IMG/VR virus record: IMGVR_UViG_3300035181_001618
Location: 113,944 to 133,943 of that record
DNA: 20,000 nt
Source: an uncultured virus (IMG/VR IMGVR_UViG_3300035181_001618)
Taxonomy: Duplodnaviria; Heunggongvirae; Uroviricota; Caudoviricetes
Reading direction: 5' to 3' (one strand)
This document shows, in pieces, positions 1 through 7,799 of the stretch. Position 1 is the stretch's first letter; every line of letters starts with the position of its first letter. Position numbers and translations under genes: made by a program. The notes under the pieces were generated by a model. The model was not told where the DNA came from and did not search any database. It saw nothing but the letters and a program-made list of their open reading frames with translations.

Positions 1-104
1 TGCCTGTCAAGCGGCTCAACATGCTTGACGTTTTCGCTTACGAGCAAAGCCTCGCCGACACCTGTGCTTTTCAAGAGCCACTGAGGCTTCAATTTGATGA
101 TCAT
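1..104 (-). CDS. 5' part of a hypothetical protein, running off the left edge of the window (MIIKLKPQWLLKSTGVGEALLVSENVKHVEPLDR...)
   Basis: Manual translation: ATG at 102-104, open to base 1, same strand as all other genes, just after the hairpin at 124-139. Not in the ORF track because it is truncated. Confidence 0.5.
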   Translation of the reverse strand, partial: MIIKLKPQWLLKSTGVGEALLVSENVKHVEPLDR

Positions 105-117
105 ATGCTATGTGATG

Positions 118-144
118 AAAGAGGGGCCGAATTCGGCCCATCTT
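118..144 (-). terminator. Putative intrinsic terminator or processing hairpin after the 523-aa fibre gene
   Basis: Perfect palindrome GGGCCGAATTCGGCCC (124-139), extendable by AAGA/TCTT and followed on the minus strand by CTCTTTC. It starts a few nt after the TAA at 147-149. The U-tract is weak. Confidence 0.6.
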
Positions 145-146
145 GT

Positions 147-1718
147 TTACTCAAACGAGCCAGAACCGTTGACGTAACCGTCGATACCCTGGTTGTACAT
201 GGTAGAGGTGATAGTAGCCGTGGTCCATGCGTGATGATCATTGCCGTTAGTAACGGCAAAGTCGTGAGCGTTACCGCACATGTAGAAGTACATGGTGATA
301 GTTCCTGCTGAATTCATCGTTGCCGTGATGATGTTAGCGCGACCTGAGTAGCTGATCGGATACAGGTGACCCGTTACGGATGCATCTGCATGTACCGGAA
401 TCGAGTTGTTGCCCGTGCCTGGATCGTAGTCATATGCAATGCCACCGTCAGTACCGAAATGCACGGTTCCGTTAGGAGCGAGCGTGACGGTGTCACCTGT
501 GTAGAGGTTTTGGATATTGACAGTGTTAACACCCGATGCCAAGCTGATCCTAGCAGCTTCGCCGTAGAACGTGCTTTGGTAGTAGGCATTGATGTGGACC
601 ACGCCGCCCGGAACGCCAGACACGCTAACGCTCGCTGACCGTGGTTGCAGGAGCGAGAGCGCGTTAAGCGTCAGCGTGCCAGTTCCTGTTGTCGCGTACG
701 TGAAGTCTACAACGCCAACGCCGCTCGAGTTCATCGAGACCGTAGTAGCTGTAATGCCTGACGGACCGCTCAAGCCAGAGCCAGGAGCCAGGTTGACGTT
801 GACAGGCAAGCTCGTAGCGTTCGGCGTGCCCGTGAAGGTCAGGTGGAAGACCACGTTTGTGCCAAGCGTGGTCGAAGTCGGCGTAGCAGACATAGCCGTG
901 AAGCCTGTCAACGTAGGTGCCGGGCTTGGAACTGGAGTTCCTGGCGACGGAGTCGGCGTTGGCGTGCCCTTGCCTGGTGGGCTTGGAGACGGGGTAGGCG
1001 TCGGTGTCGGCGTTGGGCTAGGCGCCGGAGCGTTGACTGTGATGTTGGCCGATTGGGTTGCGCCCACGGTCATGTTGGTGCCGCTATTGACAACGGCCTG
1101 CACGGTCTTGACGCCCGCTGCTGAGCTGCCAATTGTGTACGTGATGTGGCCGACACCGCTCGAGATGATCAGTGATTGCGAGACCGAACCACCAAACGTT
1201 CCGGTTAAGCCGCCCGTTGTGTTGTTGAGCGTGATGCCGGTCGTGACTGACTGGTCAACCGCAGACGTGAAGGTCAGGGTCAGGGTCGAGCTAGAGCCGG
1301 TGGTAACGCTCGACGGCGCGAACGAAGCACCAGAGAAGATGATGGCCGGCGACGGGCCTGGAGTCGGGGTAGGCGTAGGCGATGGGCCCGGAGTCGGGGT
1401 AGGCGATGGCGACGGCGACGGACCGGCTGTCGGGTGAGGCCACACTACAACCCAGTTGCCGCTGATTGTGTAGAGCAGCATCTGATTGTCAGTGCTGTTG
1501 TACCAAAGCTGACCGGTGGTCGGGTGCGGCGGAGCGCTTGAGCTGGCAAAGTGCTCAAGCAGCCTGATCAGGTTCTCCTGCACGCGCTCACCCCAGTTCG
1601 GCGCTGCTTTGCCTGTCAAGGCTAAGGACGTGGATGAGGTATCAATGCTGCCTGCTGGCAGCGTAAACGGAGTCTTTAACGAGTCATTAGACCAGTTAAG
1701 CGTGTAGTTGAATGTCAT
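147..1718 (-). CDS. Tail fibre / baseplate-attached virion protein (523 aa): anchor domain, Ser/Thr-Pro linkers, Ig-like beta modules, distinct C-terminal domain
   Basis: N-terminus DTSSTSLALTG..NWGE..ENLIRLLEHFA..PP.PT.GQLWYN resembles the fibre anchor domain of jumbo myoviruses. It has two PT/PS linkers and T/S/G/V-rich beta repeats. RBS GGAG is 5 nt before the ATG. Paralogous to 16749..18638. Confidence 0.8.
   Translation of the reverse strand: MTFNYTLNWSNDSLKTPFTLPAGSIDTSSTSLALTGKAAPNWGERVQENLIRLLEHFASSSAPPHPTTGQLWYNSTDNQMLLYTISGNWVVVWPHPTAGPSPSPSPTPTPGPSPTPTPTPGPSPAIIFSGASFAPSSVTTGSSSTLTLTFTSAVDQSVTTGITLNNTTGGLTGTFGGSVSQSLIISSGVGHITYTIGSSAAGVKTVQAVVNSGTNMTVGATQSANITVNAPAPSPTPTPTPTPSPSPPGKGTPTPTPSPGTPVPSPAPTLTGFTAMSATPTSTTLGTNVVFHLTFTGTPNATSLPVNVNLAPGSGLSGPSGITATTVSMNSSGVGVVDFTYATTGTGTLTLNALSLLQPRSASVSVSGVPGGVVHINAYYQSTFYGEAARISLASGVNTVNIQNLYTGDTVTLAPNGTVHFGTDGGIAYDYDPGTGNNSIPVHADASVTGHLYPISYSGRANIITATMNSAGTITMYFYMCGNAHDFAVTNGNDHHAWTTATITSTMYNQGIDGYVNGSGSFE
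915..1032 (-). repeat. Low-complexity (Pro-Thr/Pro-Ser)n linker 2 of the 523-aa fibre
   Basis: Encodes APAPSPTPTPTPTPSPSPPGKGTPTPTPSPGTPVPSPAP. Confidence 0.85.
1347..1440 (-). repeat. Low-complexity (Pro-Thr/Pro-Ser)n linker 1 of the 523-aa fibre
   Basis: Encodes PHPTAGPSPSPSPTPTPGPSPTPTPTPGPSP. Confidence 0.85.
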
Positions 1719-1787
1719 GTTGTCTCCGATGCCGGCTCATCGAGCGCCCACAACATTCCGGTCTTGCCGTTGCGAACGGCTTATTTA
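1717..1787 (-). promoter_or_regulatory. T4-like late promoter box TAAATA (1782-1787) with a structured 5' leader for the 523-aa fibre gene
   Basis: TTAAATAA overlaps the oxygenase stop. Hairpin GCCGTT-CGC-AACGGC lies at 1766-1780. ATGTTGT (1750-1756) is complementary to ACAACAT (1717-1723), which covers the start codon. Confidence 0.65.
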
Positions 1788-2419
1788 ACGCTGAACCAAC
1801 CGACTACGGAGTAGCGCTTACCCTTAGTCAAGGGCGTGACCTCATGCAGGAAGCGGATGTCGGATGGGAAGAGGACCATGCCTCCCGTAGCAGGGTGCAG
1901 CTTGACAATCGAGCCATCGCTGTGATGCACCGAATGCAGCACTAGGTCGCCGCCTTCATAGTCCTCATTGAGGTACATGATGCAGGTCAGCTGCCGATGC
2001 GGCGAGGTGTACCTGAAGACGCCTTTTGCGTCGTAGTATGCGTTGTCTGTATGAGCGAGAAAGTGCCCTTTGTCAACGTCAGCGTATGACAAGAACTGAA
2101 GAGGCTCTGAGAGGAACGCCGGCTTACCAAGCAGCGCGGTCGTGTGATGGGTGACAGCCGCTGTCATGCGCTGAGCGACCTGGGCATAAAGCTCAGGCTC
2201 AAGCTGCATGGCTTTTGAGGACCGATGGTAGGTGTCAACCACCTGCTTGTGAAGCGTCACTTCACTGTCATACACGCCCGAAGCTTGAGGGTTGCTCAAG
2301 CTTGCAATCACGCGCTGGCAAAACTCGCCGTCGAGGGTGACGGCGGTAATCACAGGTGGGTGGAACTGTGGCACGAAGTTCGCGCCGTACGGCTCTAACG
2401 AGCGGTAGTCGACGTACAT
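1781..2419 (-). CDS. 2OG-Fe(II) oxygenase, prolyl 4-hydroxylase-like (212 aa)
   Basis: HxD (GHFLAHTD), R.LT.I.YLNEDYEGG.L, distal His (FLHEVTP) and 2-oxoglutarate-binding R-x-S (GKRYSVVGWF). The ATG overlaps the upstream TAA (TAATG). Confidence 0.9.
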   Translation of the reverse strand: MYVDYRSLEPYGANFVPQFHPPVITAVTLDGEFCQRVIASLSNPQASGVYDSEVTLHKQVVDTYHRSSKAMQLEPELYAQVAQRMTAAVTHHTTALLGKPAFLSEPLQFLSYADVDKGHFLAHTDNAYYDAKGVFRYTSPHRQLTCIMYLNEDYEGGDLVLHSVHHSDGSIVKLHPATGGMVLFPSDIRFLHEVTPLTKGKRYSVVGWFSVK

Positions 2420-2640
2420 TAGCGACGCGTTGCTGTGGTCAGTGACCTGATCTCGCCGTTGAGAGCTTTTGGTTCGATCAGCGCGTTGCCTAAGTCATAC
2501 TCTTCAAGAATCATAGCAGGCACAACCTCAAAGACAAATGTGCCCCGATTGCCATTGCGCACGATGTTCTGCAGCTTGTAGCCCTTAACCTTCAGGTAAG
2601 CGGCGAGAATGATGTCTACTGTAGAGAAATTATTTTGCAT
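2419..2640 (-). CDS. Small DUF5659-like protein (73 aa)
   Basis: Pattern T.D..LAAYL...GY.L......G.F.F...........IEP recalled as DUF5659. RBS-like GAGGTG lies inside the 3' end of the HNH gene. Translationally coupled to the oxygenase. Confidence 0.7.
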   Translation of the reverse strand: MQNNFSTVDIILAAYLKVKGYKLQNIVRNGNRGTFVFEVVPAMILEEYDLGNALIEPKALNGEIRSLTTATRR

Positions 2641-3277
2641 GATGCTTTTCCCACCTCAGCTTTGCGCTTTCGCGCATTCTTTGTCGCGTCTCTTCTGACG
2701 CGCTAGAACCGGCATTCCATGCAGGAACGCCTGTTCTCTTTCCTTTGTTAGCCGGCTCTTTGCCTAATCGAGCTTTACTGATATTTGCTTTATGCTCTTC
2801 AGTAAATGTACGCGATGATCCAACTCTGTTGCCCATCATGAGTTGCCTCAAGATCGGATCTTGCCAAACAGCTTTAAGCTTCTCTGACCTTTTAGCTTTA
2901 TTGGCTGGGTCGAGATTTGCAGATTGGAGCCCTGCTAGAATTTTATTCCGATACTGATCATCTTGCCAACGTATCAGCATCTGATCACGCGTAATGTTTG
3001 CATGCTGTCTACGCAGCCAACCATAAGCTTTATTTGAAGCAAATGATCGCGTGATGCTCATCATATGAGCAGCGTGAATCAACTTTGTAGATGGATGAAT
3101 CTTAGCCAGCAAGATATGAGCTAAAAAATGCTCTTCTGGCGTTAACGCAGCAATGTTGGAAGCATCATCGAGCCCGCCCATACATGACGGAACAATATGA
3201 TGACGTTCTACATACCCTTCAATTGACCGAGATTTTGCTCGATCGATGAGGCTCTGATATATGCGTTTGTAATCCAC
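2630..3277 (-). CDS. Free-standing HNH homing endonuclease, T4 MobE-like N-terminus with NUMOD3-like DNA-binding repeats (215 aa, GTG start)
   Basis: MDYKRIY..LI.RAK.R...GY.ERHHIVP.CMGG.D..SN...LTPEEHFLAH.LL.KI.P nuclease domain. NUMOD3-like FTEEHKANISKARLGK and SEETRQRMRES. Visibly more AT-rich than its flanks. Confidence 0.9.
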   Translation of the reverse strand: MDYKRIYQSLIDRAKSRSIEGYVERHHIVPSCMGGLDDASNIAALTPEEHFLAHILLAKIHPSTKLIHAAHMMSITRSFASNKAYGWLRRQHANITRDQMLIRWQDDQYRNKILAGLQSANLDPANKAKRSEKLKAVWQDPILRQLMMGNRVGSSRTFTEEHKANISKARLGKEPANKGKRTGVPAWNAGSSASEETRQRMRESAKLRWEKHHAK

Positions 3278-3281
3278 GTCA

Positions 3282-3287
3282 TATTTA
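3282..3287 (-). promoter_or_regulatory. T4-like late promoter box TAAATA, 4 nt before the HNH GTG start
   Basis: Minus strand reads CATAAATA-TGAC-GTG. Confidence 0.65.
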
Positions 3288-3329
3288 TGAGAGCACTGGT
3301 CACTTGAGGGGTATTCTCAATGAAACTTG

Positions 3330-3854
3330 TCAGTAATCATTGATGAACTTGGCCGCATCCTCCGTTGACTTAAACGACTTGCGCTTGTCAGCATAGCGAA
3401 TCACGATCTTGCCAAGCTCCCACGAGCATTCAAGATGATCACCGAATTCGATGATCAAGGTAAGCGCCTTCAAGGTGATCAAGGCAGGCAAAGCTACCGA
3501 AGACGCAACCCTGAGCTTTAAGCTATAGCCTCTACCGTCAAAGGCTGATGCGAGTGAAGTCAAGACGGCAAGCTTAAGCATCCAGTCAACGTCGGCTTGG
3601 TCATTGACGCTGTTGGTGTAAAATTCACCATGCTTGATCGGATCAGGCAGCTTGAGCGTGTTGTTGTGCACCGTAAACAAGAGGTACGTGTCAACGCACG
3701 GATGCTTGAGCTGGAGCCGCATCTCTTTATCATAGCGGCCATGCTTGATTTTTACATCGAGGTCCGGGACCTCATCGCTCTCGACGATTAGCTGTTGAAG
3801 CTTCAATGTCCACTTACGAATTTGCGTGTGGTCAATGGCTTCGGCTATTGTCAT
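3330..3854 (-). CDS. Hypothetical protein (174 aa), possible capsid-internal protein
   Basis: ATGA overlap with the stop of the 189-aa gene. N-terminal I-A-E and LKLQQLIVE motifs. No recognisable domain. Confidence 0.65.
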   Translation of the reverse strand: MTIAEAIDHTQIRKWTLKLQQLIVESDEVPDLDVKIKHGRYDKEMRLQLKHPCVDTYLLFTVHNNTLKLPDPIKHGEFYTNSVNDQADVDWMLKLAVLTSLASAFDGRGYSLKLRVASSVALPALITLKALTLIIEFGDHLECSWELGKIVIRYADKRKSFKSTEDAAKFINDY

Positions 3855-4420
3855 GCAGCAGAGACAGTGATGGTGTAGGTGATGAGCCAGGCGCGGTTCG
3901 CTGTCTTCTCGATCGGGTTGAAAACCAGGTGAGACAGCAGGAGGCCGTCTGCAGATTTTAACCCAATTTCGTCAAAGGTGAACGAGCTTTCAGGGTCGGT
4001 TGTGAGATTATCTGCTACGGCTTGCCCTAACGGCTCGAGAGCGGACAGCTGAGCGGTTACTACAACGAGCGAAGTCAGCGCAGGAGCCGGCGATGGTAGC
4101 GCTTGCACCGAGTTGCTGGTCGGAGTGCCTGAAGTCAGGTCATCGACTTGGACCGCATAGGTCTGGTTGTACAAGGAAGCGCCTGAGCCGATGATGTTCG
4201 GTGACTTGTACACCAGCGAGCTGCTTGTGTTATAGAACGTGCCGCCGTTGCCAAAGGCTAGCTCGAACACGTAGCCGTTGTCCTCGCGGGCCAAGGCACG
4301 TGCAACGATCAGAGCCATGTTCTGTGGATGGATGGCGTTCTGCTTCTTGACAACCAAGTTACCTTGGTCATCATGGATCATCACCGTGCCGATGAAGTTG
4401 AGGTGTGCGTTAGTGTCCAT
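3851..4420 (-). CDS. Conserved virion structural protein, baseplate / tail-fibre attachment type (189 aa)
   Basis: Motifs K.NAIH..NM...A.ALA, AFGNGG, LYNQTY, L...EP.GQ...D and F.FDEIGL....LL.H..F.PIEK..NR...I.YTI.V are recalled from jumbo myovirus baseplate clusters. Confidence 0.75.
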   Translation of the reverse strand: MDTNAHLNFIGTVMIHDDQGNLVVKKQNAIHPQNMALIVARALAREDNGYVFELAFGNGGTFYNTSSSLVYKSPNIIGSGASLYNQTYAVQVDDLTSGTPTSNSVQALPSPAPALTSLVVVTAQLSALEPLGQAVADNLTTDPESSFTFDEIGLKSADGLLLSHLVFNPIEKTANRAWLITYTITVSAA

Positions 4421-4426
4421 AGGAGC

Positions 4427-4432
4427 TATTTA
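4427..4432 (-). promoter_or_regulatory. T4-like late promoter box TAAATA, 6 nt before the ATG of the 189-aa gene
   Basis: Minus strand reads CTTAAATA-GCTCCT-ATG with no Shine-Dalgarno in between. Nearly identical to the box at 18644-18649. Confidence 0.75.
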
Positions 4433-4860
4433 AGGTGCTACAGTCTTGTAGGGGTGGCTGGGAGCGAGCTCTGCAGGCCCCACTGCCAAGCAAGGTAGCC
4501 TTCAAGCTTCCTGCGTGCTACGTCGTTAAGGGCCGCGTTTAGAACATAGCCGCTTCGGCGTAATCCCCTAAAGCGCTCGCGCTAGATTCGTAACTGTTGC
4601 GTTGCTGTGACAGAGCGACCGTATCCTGACGAGTCTGAGATCAGCACAGATTGGAAATTCAAGCTTGCTGTGTTAAACTTGAAATCGCTCGTGGTTAATG
4701 CGACATTGCCTATAACTGATTCAGGTGCGAGGGCATTAGGCCCAGGTCGTTGCCGTATCTGCGCCGTTTGCGTGAAGCAATAGAAGCACTTGGCTATAGA
4801 ACGGGTCTCCGTTCAGCGCTTGGCGCCCTAAAGCCGAAGAGAGCAGTGCTGTAAGAGCAT
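4430..4860 (-). pseudogene. Deleted and frameshifted remnant of a LamG/concanavalin-A-like tail-fibre tip gene
   Basis: Manual translation gives ordered fragments in shifting frames: ATG at 4858-4860; LTALLSSALGRQALNGDPFYSQVLLLLHANGADTATTW; GPNALAPESVIGNVALTTSDFKFNTASLNF..ISDSSGYGRSVT; VLNAALNDVARRKLEGYLAWQWGLQSSLP; HPYKTVAP-TAA (4430-4432). Confidence 0.8.
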
Positions 4861-4861
4861 A

Positions 4862-6019
<1,158 letters not shown>

Positions 6020-6022
6020 GAG

Positions 6023-7798
6023 TTATTCCAAGATGCGGATGTCGCCTAGCTCCGTCTCGCGGTTGTCGCCTGTTTCGGTGATCAAGTACACATACGGCGC
6101 AGCAGGAGCTGTAGCCCCGCCTGCAGTGATTGTGTAGCCAGAATACACTTCGGTGTCATAGATCGTCGTGGTCGAACCGCTCGAACCTGCCATCTGAATG
6201 ATGTTAAGCCGTTCGCGCATGCCAAGTTGCAGCCGAGGGTTAAGCTGCTTAGCTTGCTCGATGCGAAGCTCAACAAACGTGCCTTGCGGAGGCACGTCAA
6301 AGAGCTGGAAGATGTACTGTGGCTGACCGTTAATTTCACGCTGTTTCAGCTCACCCACCGCAATGAACTGCACAGGAGCGTGCAGCGGTGGCAGCGGGTC
6401 ATACGGCTGACCCAGCTTTGTCTTGATAGCAGGGTCTGGCCAGATGTCAGCTTCGTCAGCAGGTCGGTCATACTCTTCGTCGTCATACAGCGACATGTCG
6501 AAGGCGACATAGCTGCCTACGCCATGAGTTAGGTAGTACTCGACCCAAGGGGCCCGAAGCGTAAAGCTAATGTAGCCGTTTGAGTACGGCTCGTTGACAT
6601 ACACGTACTCGATCGGGCCTACTGTAGGTGTTTGACGTTGAACAGCAAGGGTGAACAAGTTGGCGGCTGTCAGCTTCCATGACATGCCGTCGGGCGCGGC
6701 GGATGAAACAACAAGCTCCTGCAAGATCGCTTTACGAACACCTAGCTCCGACGTGTGGAAGCTAACCGCACGGCGACCGGGCGCAGCGTTTGAGACCGTG
6801 AGGGTAAAGTAGTCGGGGTTGCTGCCTTCATAGATGAACGGCGCCGCTTTCGCGATGTACATGCGGTCGGCGTTCATCAAGTTGATGTCGATCTTCGCCG
6901 ACGAGCTTGGATGCTGCCCAGCGAGGAACTGGATGTAGTTTCGATCCGGACCTGTTACCCATTCAGCGTTGTTCCCAAAGTCCTTGGGGATGTTGTTTAC
7001 GCGTACATGAGCGGCATTGTGCCATGGCACAGCATAGCGCCCTGTGTTGCTGACAGCCCAAACTTCAAAGCCCTGCTTATAGATGTAGGCTGTTGCGACC
7101 GACGCGTCCGAGAATGGCAGCAGAGTACCGTTGACTGGGAAGAAGCCTTGACTATAAGTGCCTGAGATGGTCACGTTGAACGTGCCGCCCTGTGCATCGA
7201 TGACGGTTGTTGGGCCGTTCGCCATCCTAAGCTCAACCGCTCCGAGCGGGATGCCGGTGACTGTTGCATAGCCTGTGGCGATTCCACCTGTTACGGTAGC
7301 TGTATACGTGCTAGCTGTTGCGCTCGTAACCGTCACATTGAGCGATGTCAAGGCTAAGCGAACCGGGATGAAGTCAGCACCTGACTGGTGCGAGCTTGAC
7401 GCTTGGCCCGCCCATGGGTAGCCCGCGTTAGGAACGCCGTCACCGTTCGTGTCTGTCAAATTTGACAAGGCTTGGTCATCGCCTAATGGTGACTGACCGT
7501 AATTGAGCGAGTCAGTGACGCTGAAGCGCGGCATGACTGTCGGCGGCACTACAAAAGTCTGGCTTTCGCTTGTGCCGTCAGAGACCAGTGAAAGCGACGG
7601 GATGTCCCGAGCGGTCCACACGTTTTGGTGGTGAACTGTGTGATGCGGCTGGCTGTCAACAAGGGTCAGGTCAAGCGAATCGCTGAAGCTGAGCTCGGAT
7701 GTAAAGCCGAGCAGCTTCGTGTGGTACGGCTTGATGTCGAGAATGTACTTGACAAGCGAGCTGACCCGCTTGTCAAGGCTGTTGTTGCTGATCGCCAT
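6023..7798 (-). CDS. Baseplate wedge-associated structural protein (591 aa)
   Basis: N-terminal YILDIKPYHTKL baseplate-type motif, acidic-aromatic FDMSLYDDEEYD, and C-terminal LITETGDNRETELGDIRILE peptide. RBS AAGGA, start 1 nt after the upstream stop. Confidence 0.7.
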   Translation of the reverse strand: MAISNNSLDKRVSSLVKYILDIKPYHTKLLGFTSELSFSDSLDLTLVDSQPHHTVHHQNVWTARDIPSLSLVSDGTSESQTFVVPPTVMPRFSVTDSLNYGQSPLGDDQALSNLTDTNGDGVPNAGYPWAGQASSSHQSGADFIPVRLALTSLNVTVTSATASTYTATVTGGIATGYATVTGIPLGAVELRMANGPTTVIDAQGGTFNVTISGTYSQGFFPVNGTLLPFSDASVATAYIYKQGFEVWAVSNTGRYAVPWHNAAHVRVNNIPKDFGNNAEWVTGPDRNYIQFLAGQHPSSSAKIDINLMNADRMYIAKAAPFIYEGSNPDYFTLTVSNAAPGRRAVSFHTSELGVRKAILQELVVSSAAPDGMSWKLTAANLFTLAVQRQTPTVGPIEYVYVNEPYSNGYISFTLRAPWVEYYLTHGVGSYVAFDMSLYDDEEYDRPADEADIWPDPAIKTKLGQPYDPLPPLHAPVQFIAVGELKQREINGQPQYIFQLFDVPPQGTFVELRIEQAKQLNPRLQLGMRERLNIIQMAGSSGSTTTIYDTEVYSGYTITAGGATAPAAPYVYLITETGDNRETELGDIRILE

Positions 7799-7799
7799 G

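Noticed and set aside
589..1437. 282-aa plus-strand ORF
   Set aside because: Antisense shadow of the low-complexity 523-aa fibre gene (GVGVG mirrors PTPTP); no independent signals.
3290..3325. Weak inverted repeats upstream of the HNH promoter (TTGAG/CTCAA)
   Set aside because: Only 5 bp with no U-tract; too weak to call a terminator or regulatory stem.
4430..4860. TAG stop-codon reassignment, since no called gene ends in TAG and TAGs interrupt this region
   Set aside because: The 8.5-kb and other long ORFs are open in the standard code, and reading TAG as sense does not repair the frameshifts.
4430..4860. Diversity-generating retroelement template repeat or invertible tail-fibre cassette
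   Set aside because: No reverse transcriptase, recombinase, matching variable repeat or flanking inverted repeats in the window.
4433..4861. Possible structured ncRNA (tmRNA, tRNA, ribozyme) in the gap
   Set aside because: No tRNA-like ends or cloverleaf seen; the sequence is better explained by collinear protein fragments.
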